DNA of 64,000 nucleotides from Camelus dromedarius (Eukaryota). The stretch is from the NCBI RefSeq assembly GCF_036321535.1, contig NC_087436.1:85872001-85936000 (forward strand), in the 5' to 3' direction. The position numbers and the translations under genes were made by a program. This document shows, in pieces, positions 36,151 through 48,040 of this stretch; the stretch's first letter is position 1; each line of letters starts with the position of its first letter. Under the pieces are notes generated by a model. It saw only the letters and a list, made by a program, of their open reading frames with translations, was not told where the DNA came from and searched no databases.

Positions 36151-38759
36151 TAGTGGAAAGGGCCTCTCCTATCCAATGATTTTAATCCAACTCCCATGAT
36201 TGATTTTCATTGGACCAGCTTGTGTCATTTGCTCATCTGTGAACTGGTCAAAGCATTAAATACACCAATTGGCCAGGTTTGGGCTATTTGTTAACTGCTG
36301 GGGCTGGGGCTGGGGCTGAGACGTCACATCTACCCAGACCACATGATCTATGAACATGGCAGAGGGTAGCTCACCAAAATTTAAATGAATGGCATCAGAG
36401 GAAGGGATAAGAGATGGTGTGAAGGCAAGAAAACCAGATGTTTGAGAGCTCACCCTTGGAGACTGGTAAGAACCTGTCAAGTAGATAGAGGTTACAGTCC
36501 TAACAGGGACTTGGAGGGCAATGGAGGCAGGCCAGGCCTCTGGCCCACACCGGAAAGGGAGGCTGGGGGTGCTCTGCTACTCATGGGCACCTGGGAGTGT
36601 AAGCCCGTGGATGAGGTCCATCCCAGCCTCACTGGCCTACACTGGGACTGGAATGAGGGTGAGTGACTCTACAAAGTAGCTGAGAAACTGAACTACGTTG
36701 AAGTGGCCTGTGGAGGGCTTCAGTGACTCCAGATGTAAAGATAGAAACAGGGAGCGAGAAGGGTGATACTGCAGAAACCACAAAGGTGTTTGAGCATTTC
36801 CTGCTCATATTTTAGTGGAGTGAATATTTTCACTAATGAATCAGATTAAAAATAGTTATTGTTCAGATAATTTCACAAGCTGGTGATATTGTGATACGTG
36901 GTGATTATATTTAAAATTTCTTTTCTTTCTCCCCTCTGGAAAGAAAATGGGTAGCCGACTGGCTCAATGGATGCATAATACTAAAATGATCACTTTGAGG
37001 AAGGCTATACTTTTCTCTCATTCAGTATTTTCCAACAAAAAGGCATTCTTTGGGGGAAAAACTCTGATCAAAGGCCCATAAGTAATAATATTACCTCTAC
37101 TCAACGTTTCTCCACGTAAAAAGTTAAGAAACTTTCAGAAAACTATTCAGAAGTATTACTTCCCCCCCACAAAAGAGGGGGAAGGGTAATAAAATTCTTG
37201 GGTGCAGGAGGAAGAAGTGTTTTTTTTTTTGTTTGCTTGTTTGCTATTAAGGGTTAGACAACTCTACAACTTTGAGATCCATCTGAGTGGAAAATATTGC
37301 AGAAATGTGAGATTAACACTAAGTCATAATGTGTATTTCTGACTTAAAAGGCACTGAAGGTCAAACATATTTGTGTAATGAAGGTTTTGATCTTAATACT
37401 AATAAAATGGGCTTTCTACCACTATTCATTTTCTTTCTGGTTTCCAAGGGAATGGGGTTTTTGAATAAGGGAGCAGTCTGAAATCAATTTACAAGGTGCA
37501 CGCGAGGACACGGCAAGGTGGGTCCTGCCCAAGATTATTACTGTACAAAAGAAACCTCAAAAGCAATTTTCCACTTACCTTTCTCTGCAATAGACAATCA
37601 GAGGCCCTGGGAACACTTGAAGAGTTAAAACAGGGGAAGTGGATTAGTGTAGTTCCCTGTTGGTTTTTACAGATTTACACAGAACCGTTTTTGAAAATTA
37701 TTCATTGGCAAGCCTCAGTAACCTGGGAGCATCACTGTCTGAACACAACTCTGGGTTCTGGTGGGCTTTGTTTACCCACATTTTCATTTCTACAATTCCT
37801 GAGAAGTCCATTCATAATTTTCAACCCCTGCCTACCTCTCCCACCCCTCAAGTTTTGGGGAAAAAAAGGAGTCAGGAATAAAATAAAAGGGATGTTAGGA
37901 AAGAAAGTCAGATTGTTGTTCTTTTTAAATTTTTGTTTGTTTGTTTTTTCTTTTTCTTAAGATGTGTTTGCTCTTTTCCTTGACCTCTCCCTACCCCACT
38001 CCTGCCACCGGGAGTATTCTGGATTTCTCTTTCTTTAAAAATTGAAAACCGACATTAAAAAAAAATAATAAAACAAATCTAGTTCCTTGGTAAAGAAGCA
38101 GGCAGGACCCTCGTGTTTATAGCCCCTGGTCGTGGGGGACAGTAGTTTAACTCCCAAAGTAGAAGCAGGGGATGCTGGTCATTCCTGTCCCTGTCTTCAC
38201 AACACAGTGAGTTCAAGGTGAGTCAGCCTAAGGAAGGAGGGAGGGGCACTGCTGCTTTAGCTGCTCTCTTGGTGTCTTCAAAAAAGAGGCTTCTTGTAGC
38301 AAGGGGCAAAACTCCACTGCAAATTGAGCAAAGAGGCAATTTATTTATTGGAGCTGTTGCATCCAGTCTTAGAGACTAAAGCCTTCAAACAGCTCCACCC
38401 TGTCTAGATGCTTCCATCTCTGTCTCAGCTGCTCCTTTTACAAGCGGCACATGTCTCCACCAGGCTGGCATGCTGGCTGCCCAGACCTCCGGGGCCCGTG
38501 TCTTCTCTACCAGTGGAGAGGAAGCACTCTCTTCTCTTACTCTCAGACTGAAAGTCCCAGGGCGGTCCCCTGCTCTGCCCTACTTGGGTTTCTCGCTCTC
38601 ACTCTGCAGCCAGAGGAGCAGAGTACCCGATTGGTAACTCACAGTAGGACCCCCAGGCTGGAGGCGACAAAGAACTGCTTTCCCAAACCCCTATCCTGAA
38701 GAAAAGATGAAGTTCTGAATCTGGGCAGACAATGAACATACTACATTTTAAAGACCAGA

Positions 38760-38910
38760 AGATACTTTTTTCTCCCCATATGTTAACATCTCTGAAATCA
38801 CAATCAATGCCATGTTGTCTTTAATTGACAGCATTTCTTCTTTCTTAGCATTACATAAAATAGTGGTTCATCTTATAATGGATGGGTTCTTAGAGTCAGT
38901 GAAATATGGG
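38760..38910. mobile_element. MamRep434/Tigger-type fragment, opposite orientation to the ~31.5 kb copy
   Basis: 'ttaacatctctgaaatc...tacataaaatagtggttcatcttataatggatgg...tcttagagtcagtgaaatatgg'. Confidence 0.55.
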
Positions 38911-40409
38911 GTGGCAGAAGGCACGTGAAGGTCAAAAGGAGAGCAGTAACAACAGCAAACTAACAGTGGACGTGACTCCCTGGATCAAGGAAGAAAATGC
39001 CAAGGATCAAAACCTCATCACCAAGGGAGGGATATGGGGGCCATGAGGGTTAACACTGTGCAACACTGTCATGTTTTTGAGGTGGTGAAACTCAGCTTCT
39101 GTCACTGACTCAGATGTGGTGCCGGAGGAATTGTTCAGCTCCTGGAGTCTTTGTTTCCAGGTTAGGAGCAGACAGTTCGGAAGCTTGTCTACTTCTCTGG
39201 AATGCTTGCAGTAAGAGTTAGAGGACTGACAGCCCACCGAGTGTGGGTCTTTGACCTGCCCTTCTGTGGTGTTCAGGACAGTTACTGGGGCAAGAGAGAT
39301 GTTTTGTCAACCCCACGGGGGCCCAAGGAACCCCTTGTCAGGAACTAAGTATTCCTCTCATCCAGGGTCTAGACTGCTCATGAGTCACTTCAGTAACATT
39401 TTATCTTCTTATATCAATTCTAATGGCCCAGAAAACAGCAAAGGGGCACTGTGAAAGCGAAACCCAAATGACTTTGCAGAGCCCCTGCTGTGCCCTCCAA
39501 GTCTGTTTTAAGATTTATCTCTACTCAGAATTAACTAGAAGGAGGAGGAGGAGGCGGTGGCGGGGAGGGGGTTGCCGGGGTGGGGAGGGGCACAGCAAAT
39601 GCTAATAGCTGCATCACGTTACAACAAATTAAGCTGTTTCTACAAAGGCAAAATACACTGGGTGCATATTAACTAGGCACTATATTGCAATGATTTTTCT
39701 GAAGGTTGTTTTTGTTTTTGTCTCTGAAAGTGTTTCCAGATCCGACATCTATGCAGCTTTTTTTTTTTTTTTTTTAAGGAGGAATTCAAGTTTGACTGAG
39801 ACAAGCTGACTGAGCACATCCTTTTTGGTGCAAAAAGTCCAACATGCCAGGGAAAATCGAATGGGACTAATGAGAGTCGGGGGTAATTTGGGGGATTTGA
39901 GGTACCTGTGAGCCCCAAAGTAAATTCTGGGGCACTGGGATAGCATGTTGATGAGAGAGAAAGTAAGGCTTGATTAACAGCAATCGACTGGTTATTCTGG
40001 AATGCCACCTCCTAGGCTGCCACCAGACCAGTGCCATGAATTCTAAGTGAGTGGTATCACCACCCTGGCTTTCTGCTTCGCAAGGGGAACATGCGGAGAA
40101 AGGGCAGCAAAGCCTGAGGCACATCGATCTTGTAGACACAACCCTGTAAGAGAAAGGGACACATCATCCTTCACACGAGGAGGACTGGGAGCCGCCAGAC
40201 TGTAAAGCTCTGCTCTTATTAGAACCTGGCATTCCAGGCCTCCATTTAGCTCTGTGACTGACATGCTCTGAACACCAACACTGCAGTGACACGTTCGTTC
40301 ACCGACACATGACTCAGCTGAAGGACCAGAGGTTCTGCTCTCCACGCTCATCCGTAAGCACAGTGTGCCCACTCTCACAACGCCTGGCATCATGGTCTGT
40401 AAGGACGTT

Positions 40410-40570
40410 TATTCAGTTATTCCATCATTTGTTCAATGAGTGTTTATCGAGTTTGCTGACCACGTGCTCGGCCCTGTTTGAAGCCCTGGGGAGCCATCAG
40501 TGAAAAAAGCAAATTAAAAACAAGACAAAAATCAACTCCCTGTCTTTATGAAGCTTACATCCTAGTGGGT
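40410..40570 (-). mobile_element. L2 3' fragment
   Basis: 'catttgttcaatgagtgtttatcgag...gccctggggagccatcagtgaaaaaa...gaagcttacatcctagtggg'. Confidence 0.7.
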
Positions 40571-41199
40571 TTTGGTAGCTTGGCCTCTCCAGCATCCCTG
40601 CCTGCAGTGCCAGCCCTTCGGTGCTCCTGTGGGGGGCCGTTTTCAGGTTCCGCAGGAAGATGAAGTGATGAATCTTTGGTTGCAGAGGCAGGCGTGAACG
40701 CCAGGTCTGCACAATCCAGACACTGCAGCCCTTAGAGACCTGCTGTTTCAGCTGGTGGTGCAGGGAGTGATTGGCTGGTGAAAACTGAGTCTAGAACTGT
40801 GGCTGGCCAGCTCTGCCACCACACGGGGACAGGCTGCCTGGCACTGAGGTGGACAGAGGAAAGCTAAGCTGAGAGGCAAGGAGAGATTAAGAGAACTCTT
40901 AGCACATTTTCTGTACTCGTGACCCAGCGATTTCCATTTCCATCAGTTGAGTTGAGTCTCTGTTATTTGCAAACAAAAGGGTGCCTGAGAAAAGCGTCTG
41001 TGTGCTGGAGACGTCACAAAGCAGGAGTTAGTTTTCTGGTGTGGCTTTCTCTCCCCCTTCTTCCTGCACACCGTCCCCCAGAGAAATCCAGCACATCAGT
41101 CCCGGGATACCCCCAGACAGCTTTCATCCATGGGACCGCAGGTGCGCATTCCCCTCACTCTTTGGTACTCAGGTCCCCTCTCCTTTCGTGGGGAGATAA

Positions 41200-41360
41200 C
41201 ATAGTGTGGGGGCAGCTGTCAGGCTTTGGAGACCAACAGAACTGGTTTTGAAACCTATCTCTGCCCCATCCCAGCTGTGTGGCCTTGGGCACATCACATC
41301 CCCCAGCCCCAGGATCAGCATCTGGAAATGGGAATCGAGCCCCATCCTCGGGGCGTCATG
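41200..41360 (+). mobile_element. MIR SINE
   Basis: 'aggctttggagacc...ctctgccccatcccagctgtgtggccttgggcac...catctggaaatggga'. Confidence 0.7.
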
Positions 41361-41889
41361 CATGGGAGGAGCAACACAAAAAACGAAACTCCTTTTCTCT
41401 CCACTCCATCATTTCTGTCTCATCAAAGCACTTACCATGCTGGTCGTGTTGTCACAAATTGATCAGGCTCCTGAGAGCCCCTGAGTTAAAAAAAACCTGA
41501 TAGTGGAGCATTGTGGCAGAAGGTAGGGGGAACCCCAAGCAAGACTGGCTACAAATCTTTACAAGGGATTTATATTTGGTCTGGAGCCCTGCCAACCTTC
41601 TGGGCCAGCTTCTAACCCTCAGCCCTGAAAGTGAATGCACCAAAATTTAAAAGTGACAACAAAGTGATGTGTATTTCTTTCTAGGGATATTTGCATTTTA
41701 GAGTGGAACAGTCTCTTATTGTAAACAGATGTCTCAGTTACAGGCATTAGATTGAAGCTGAAGGGAGAGAGTCTGCAAGTATTGAAGGGCAGGTCTACCG
41801 CAGCAGCACCTACCCTACTCTCTTGAGGGACGAACCCAGGCACTGCCGGCTCTGACTGCACCACTGTCCCCTCGCCTTTCTGAAATACA

Positions 41890-42330
41890 CGTGTGGTGTG
41901 GGCTGCCGAGTCTAAACCACCTTCCCCGCCACAGTCATCCTAGGAAAAGCAAGACCCTTCCCTGCTATAGAGGCTCCCATACTGTCTTGGCTTCTCTTGC
42001 TGCTGGGATGTGGTAATGACTTAGGTTCTGCCCATTAGATGCAGCTCCTGGGATTCTGTGATGCAGAAATCAAGGGGAGGGAAGGCTTCTTCCTGGGTAG
42101 AGGGGGTGGCAGTATCAACCTGTCTACAGGGGCAGCGGTACCACGGGAGTAAATGGGGATGCCCAATGCCCGGCACCCAGAGGGTCAGGAATCTAAGATG
42201 TTCTTTGCCTGATGCTCCAAACTCCCCAGTGACTTGGTGATTTAGAACTATCTTTTCAGTAAATTAGCTTCTATCTAAATCAGCTAATGTTAGTTTCTGT
42301 TGCTTGAAAACTAGAATCTTAACCAATGCC
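41890..42330 (+). mobile_element. Ancient ERVL-group LTR (LTR33/MLT1-like)
   Basis: 'gacttaggttctgcccattagatgca' and 3' end 'cagtaaatt...taaatcagctaatgttagtttctgttgcttg'. Confidence 0.45.
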
Positions 42331-43699
42331 AACTTGTCCACCAAAGATGTCTAGTCCTGCTTTCTCACATTATCTGAACCATGTATCTTGTTTCTAGCCA
42401 AGACTCTCCAGATATATCTGCCACTTCCAAATTTACCTGAGATCATTTCTTTCCTGAATGTCACCTGTTCACTGTTACATCATCATCATTGGTCCCTCCA
42501 GTGTCCAGTATCCTGGTCCCTCAGTAGTAATTAGTGACTCTTTTTGTCTTGCATCCTGTATCCATTCTGTCCTTCGGTACCTCTGGTTAGGCAACAAATA
42601 TGCATGGTATGCCTGCTACGCCAGGGCAGCCAGGCAGCGGGAAGGCTGTGCTTGTGCTGGCTGTGAAAGGCTGTCCATCCAGACTTCAAGGGGCCACGTT
42701 CCTGCAGGGGATTCTTCTTTAAGAGTTCCCCAAACCATTGCAGATTTCTTTCCTCTCTGGAAGCATGTCCATCTTGTCCCTGAATTATTAGTAACACACT
42801 CCTCGCCTTGGGCTGTTTTCTTCACCAGCCTTTTCGGTGTGCCTTCCTCTGATGTATTTTGAACCCCATCACGCCTCTTGTTAGACACTCCCAGTGGCTC
42901 ATTACAGGGTTGCAAATCCAATTAGGGCCTTAGATAACGTGGTCTCACAGGCCCCTGGCAAGTACCTCTCTCACCTCTCTGCCGCCTCTCCCTAAGCGCC
43001 ACACTTGACTTTTGTTCTCTTCCTTACCCAGGCAGCCTGTGCTGTTGGCTCCAAGCCCAGATCCCCCTGGAGTGTAGCAGGAGTTACCTGTAACCCGGAG
43101 TGCTTCTCTCCCCTCGGTTAGACAGCAGCCTACTCCTGGGAGGTATCTTCCCACGAGCGCCATCTGGCTCCAGATGCTCTAGAGATTCCAGCATCCTCTG
43201 GGCACGTGTGCTATTTCCCTGCACAGTTTTTGTTGGTTGTGTGCTTGACACAGTTGGGCATTTTTAGTTTATATTTTGGTGTGTGTGTATGTGTGTGTTT
43301 TCTAAACTTTAAGTCTCTACATTTCTCAAAGGCATGGACTGTGTCTCTTATTTCTAACTCTCCTTGCATGTAATTAAAATAATAATAATGGTATTAATAT
43401 TTTTATTTCACTTAATTGTTTACAAAGTGCTGCCACGAATATTAAAAATGCCTCACAGCGACATTCTGCAGTGGGAATAGAAGAAGCATGGGAGTTAGGA
43501 CATTAGGCTCCGGATCAGGCAGATCAAATTAAATCCTGACTCCACAACTTAATATGCACGTGTGCCTCAGTTTGTTAATCTGTGAACAGAGGATATCAGT
43601 GATTCTGAGTTCATACAGTGGCTGTAAGAATGTTGTAAATGACTCTGGGTATGGAAAGTGCTCGGCACAAAAAAACAGGCACATAGAACAGAATTACGA

Positions 43700-43932
43700 G
43701 TACAGTTGGCCCTTGAACAACATAGGTTAGAACTGTGCTGGTTCACTTAAAGGCAGGTTTTTTTCAATAAGTACGTACAGCACTACATGAGCCACGGTTG
43801 GTTGAACCCTCTTTGGATGAGGAATCGCGGATATGGAGGGCCAACTCTGGGACTTGAGCACCTGAGATCTTTGTTTATGCAGGGAGAGGTGGGGGGGAAC
43901 CCATCCCCCAAGGATATGGCGGGACAACTGCA
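43700..43932. mobile_element. Tigger2/MER2/MER8-type MITE between two MIR fragments
   Basis: Starts TA|CAGTTGGCCCTTGAACAACA; internal 'gcggatatggagggccaact'; ends 'gggacaactg'. Confidence 0.8.
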
Positions 43933-43949
43933 TTGTTATTGTTTGTTTC

Positions 43950-44080
43950 AGTAACCATCTTCATTTTACAAATGAGGGAAATGAGGCTCAGAGAGGTTAA
44001 GGAATTTGCTTAAGGACTCAAGAATACCAAGAGGCAGAGCAGGATACAGAACAAGCTCTAGGATGCCACAGCTGTGCTCT
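43950..44080 (-). mobile_element. MIR SINE
   Basis: 'cattttacaaatgagggaaatgaggctcagagaggttaaggaatttgc'. Confidence 0.85.
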
Positions 44081-44639
44081 ACGCAATATACCAGAGACTC
44101 CCTGATGATTCAGAGCATCACATTCTGCTCACAGGGAGAACAGGATGGACCCTGCTGATTTGTGTGCAGGGTACAAACATCGCAGCACCTGAAGAGCAGC
44201 TACATAAAGGCGCCAGTGTAGATCACTCTGAGAAGGTTTGGGTTCACCCCTATTCAATTACACCTTAAAAAGTTAAAGCGTCCTCTCCCAAGGAATCAGA
44301 AATGCCGAGGAAAATCCTCAGGTGCTGGCTGCCAACTGCTACAGAGAACAGGAGGGGAGCCACTGCAGGGCAAGACTCCTGTCTTGGACACTAAATTAGA
44401 GACTTTTAAATTCCGTTTTTCTTCATTGGTGAGAAGAAGGGCAAAGTCCCCAGAGCAACGTTTCTCAGGGAACCCGTGGTCACTCAAGATGTCACTTTTC
44501 TGTTGTCACAATAGAGCATAAGGAATGAAACACCCAATCAGCAAAGAAAAAGAGTCACTTTTTGGAATGGAAAAAAAAAATTATCCACAAAGGACATTCT
44601 AATTGAGAGGCCAGTGCTGTGGGGTTGTGAAGAGGGCAT

Positions 44640-44790
44640 CAGCTTGTTCCATGATGACCTCTGTGACCTGGGACCACCTACCCAGCCGTGGGGGTTCAGG
44701 TTCCTCATCTGTGTAATGGGCACAACACCCCCCACCACAGGATTATTGTGGGGATTAAATGAGATCCTGTGCATAGAGCAGTGGGCATTG
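44640..44790 (+). mobile_element. MIR SINE
   Basis: 'ctgtgacctggg...ttcctcatctgtgtaatggg...ggattattgtggggattaaatgagat'. Confidence 0.8.
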
Positions 44791-45308
44791 TCTGGTTTAC
44801 AATCGTGTTCAGAACGAATATTTCAAATTCTGGGCTCTGCTCGGGGTCAGTCTCAGCTGAGTCCATCCAGCAATTTCCATGGAGCCCAGCAAACCTGGGC
44901 GGGGGTGTGTCAGGTAGGAAGTAAGGTGCCTGCTCGGTGCTGACAGGTCCATGTGACTTTATGCACCTCCTGTCTGAGCACCTTCCCAGCTTTGGAACAC
45001 CCACACCCTGAAGAACACAGCTTATTGTATTTTTACTTTCCTTTTAAAATTTGACATAATTTTCACACTGTCAAGGGCACAAATCTGGGGCGCACATCTC
45101 CATGAATTTTTAGCATAGGTGCACCTGTGTTGTGATGACCCAGGTCGAGTGAAAGAACATTTCTATTTCCCTAGAAGATTCCCGCCTGGCTCCTAAGACA
45201 GTCCCTTCCACCCCCAGCCCCCAGCCATGACCTCTCTTCTGGCTTCTATCACCTCATATTTGGTTTGCTTATTCTCTAAGAATTTGTTTTCAAAAGGGAA
45301 ATAGAGTT

Positions 45309-45407
45309 GCAGAGGGAAATAGCTCAGTGGTAGAGTGCATGCTGAGCATGCACGAGGTCCTGGGTTCAATCCCCAGCACCTCCATTAAATATAAAGGAGA
45401 AAACAAT
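45309..45407 (+). mobile_element. tRNA-Ala-derived camelid SINE (vic-1 type)
   Basis: A box TAGCTCAGTGG; B box GGTTCAATCCC; body 'agagtgcatgctgagcatgcacgaggtcctgggttcaatccccagcacctcca'; A-rich tail; probable TSD AAAAG(G/A)GAAATAG at 45292-45304 and 45408-45420. Confidence 0.9.
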
Positions 45408-46519
45408 AAAAGAGAAATAGGAAAAGCTCTTCATGCTTTTAAGTCAACTGCCACTATCCCCAAGAACAAATTCCTTTTAGCCTAAGGCTCTTCTGAGACA
45501 GGAGAAAGAAGTGGGAAGGAAAAAACCAGATTGGGGAAGAAGACAGGGGTCCAGAGAGGCAGGGCCTTGGGAAAGGGTCCCTGTAAACTGAGGACAAGTC
45601 CTGGAACTAGAGGGAAAACAGCTGATGTGACAGGAGGTGTCTGCAGACTGCAAGGTTAACGAAGGCCTCCGAGCGGGCCTGAGCACTCAGGTGCTCCGTT
45701 CGTGAACTGCACTGAGACACTCGAAGACCACCTACACTGGCCTCAGTGGGGATGGATCGAAGAAAGCCTTCCAGGTAGAAAGTCAGTTTTGCTAGTTGCC
45801 TGCGGAGATGAGCGCCTGCTGTCATCAGGCCCCCAAACAAGCCTCGGGGTGGAGGGGGTTGACTCCTGGGAGGGTGAGGCGTCCAAACCCCACAGAGAAA
45901 GGGGGGAAAGAGGAGGGAGAGAGAAGACGACTCCAATTCCAGACGGTGTGCCCAGAGCCGATCGTGTTCAAACAGCTCCGCGTGATTCCTGAGGCTCTAG
46001 ACAATCTTCCCCTTCCGCTGTTAAACTGTGAGGGGGTGATTAATTCTTCCTGATTCATTCCTCTGTGGACACCTGGATTATCTGTGCTGACGGAAGGGAG
46101 GGACAGGGCAGGCTCTTAGCCTTGGTGGCAGGGGGAGAACATGGCCAGGGACCACATTGAGCTGGGCTGGGGCAATGCAGGGTTAGGGTCACCGCTACCA
46201 GCTCAGGGAGCCAGGGTGAGGGTCTAGGAGGAAATGGGGCTACCCTCCTGAGTTTTCCTTCTCAAGCCCAGCCGCCTACTGAGAGGGACCCGGACACAGT
46301 CAACCTGTGGGATTACCTTGGGCAATCTGAGGGCCTCTGGCCACTGGGGAGAGATCTGAGGTCTTGGTTTCTAATCTGATAGCGAAACACAATTAGATTC
46401 AATCTATAAAACAGAATCAGCCTTCAAACAGGTGAGTACGTAAGGCTGAGGGCTGCCTGATGCTCTTCGGTGACTCCACTCCCTTTCACTGACTGCGTGT
46501 CTCAAAGCTGCAGGGAATA

Positions 46520-47560
46520 TTATAACAGGTTCCCCAAATTCTGTTTTGGCTGTATGGCTTTAATTAAAAAGATGTTAAGCACACTGCCAATATATTTATA
46601 TCTGTTTATAAATTGCCTACATGGACTGCCCTGCCAGTGTGCTCTGTAGAGTAAAAACAACAACAACAAAAGGAAAATGTGCAAAGAGAGATAAAAGATG
46701 AAATAGTATTCTTACACTGATTTTAATTTTATTTTTTAACAGTGCAAAATATTTTGCTTTCATCAAAAAGAATGAATACTTTTTAGCAAAAGCAGTGGTT
46801 CGGTAAATCTTGGTTTAATCCATTATGAGAAAACAATTTGATGATCTGATTCTAGCTGATTCTAAAGTAGAGCAAAGGAGTTCAAATCTTGGTTTTCAAG
46901 ACTGTCAAAACTGAAAAAGTTCCTCACCAGGGGACACAGAGACTAAAAGCAGAAATGCACCGTTGGCTGGAATTAATACATCATGATAGTTTTTTTTTAA
47001 TCTCATTTGTAAATTATGCAAATTTTGTTGAAATTTGGCTGGGAAATTTTCATCTTCCTTGATGTCTATCAGTTGTTCTTACAAAATAATCTTGCGCTGT
47101 CCTTATACTGTTAGCATTTTTAACGAACAGCTCAAAACCCACTGAAACTCTTTGTTTGGAAGCTCTTTAAACAGGTTAAAAATTATATTTTCAACTTCTA
47201 AAGACTGCTGACATGTAGCACACTTACACTGTGCCAACAGATGAAAAATTCAAACCATTTTCAAAATGCTCTTTTCATATATAAGTTTCTTTAGAAAGAC
47301 TTTGTGACTGATTAAAATGTTATCTTTACCTTGAGGGGACAGATGAAGTGTTTATTTTCTCAAAAATATCTACTTGGTATTATTTGTCATCCTAGTAAAG
47401 GTCTGAAATATGAAACACTTTGTTCTTATAAAAGAAAATGTGGAACTCATCTTTAAGTTTGACAAGTCTGTTCAGAACTTTTTCATAAGACAACATGTGC
47501 AACTCTGGTGGTTCAAAACATTTTCATCCATCTCAATAGAAAGGACTGCTGAGTCTCCTG
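46520..47560 (-). mobile_element. hAT-Charlie autonomous-type fossil with transposase remnant
   Basis: Minus-strand translation LSYEKVLNRLVKLKDEFHIFF (~47431-47493) resembles the hAT motif (RW)LSRGKVLxRxxELxDE; VDIFEKINT (~47347-47373) resembles YLADIFxKLN; stops and frameshifts present. Confidence 0.75.
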
Positions 47561-47869
47561 TCTAGGACCACATAGCAACCAGGCAGTGTGAACAGTTTAC
47601 TCTCGGGAGCTAAAGAGGATGGAAGAAAGAGGGCACCATGGCCAACCCTCTGCCTTGGATACCTGCTCTCCACCTATGGGGTGTCTCCCATGCTGTGTGT
47701 GACAAGTGCCCGTTTGACATTCAAACTGAGGGTGCCAGTGACATGTTTACTGCATAATACATGTTTTGTTTTTGGACAAAAAATAAATGTAGAGATAGAG
47801 AAGCTAGATGTCCCAGTGGCTCATGCTCCACTTTGAAACTTGCGTTGCTCTTGAGTTAGCCTGACTCCG

Positions 47870-48040
47870 TACTCACGTGCTTCATCACTCCAGTTGTGAG
47901 ACTTGGGGTGCGTGATGTGGTCTTGCTGTAGATAGGTTTTCTCTTCTTCAAACTGGAGATAATGGTGGCACTGACCTCAGAGGATTGTCATGAGGGTCAC
48001 ATGAGATGTTGCATGAGATCACTTAGCATGGTGCCTGGTG
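47870..48040 (+). mobile_element. MIR SINE
   Basis: 'ggagataatggtggcactgacctcagaggattgtcatgaggg...cacttagcatggtgcctgg'. Confidence 0.7.

Noticed and set aside
31510..38910. Possible second inverted duplication (31.5 kb vs 38.8 kb)
   Set aside because: Similarity is low and confined to the same ancient Tigger-type family; the flanks are unrelated, so these are independent insertions.
43150..43172. CTCF-like motif (reverse strand GAGCCAGATGGCGCT), with similar partial matches near 8545, 27790 and 40003
   Set aside because: Each has several mismatches to the core and cannot be told from chance without PWM scoring or ChIP data.
45309..45385. tRNA-Ala gene
   Set aside because: A-rich tail, probable TSD, no oligo-T terminator and a second diverged copy in the window identify it as a SINE.
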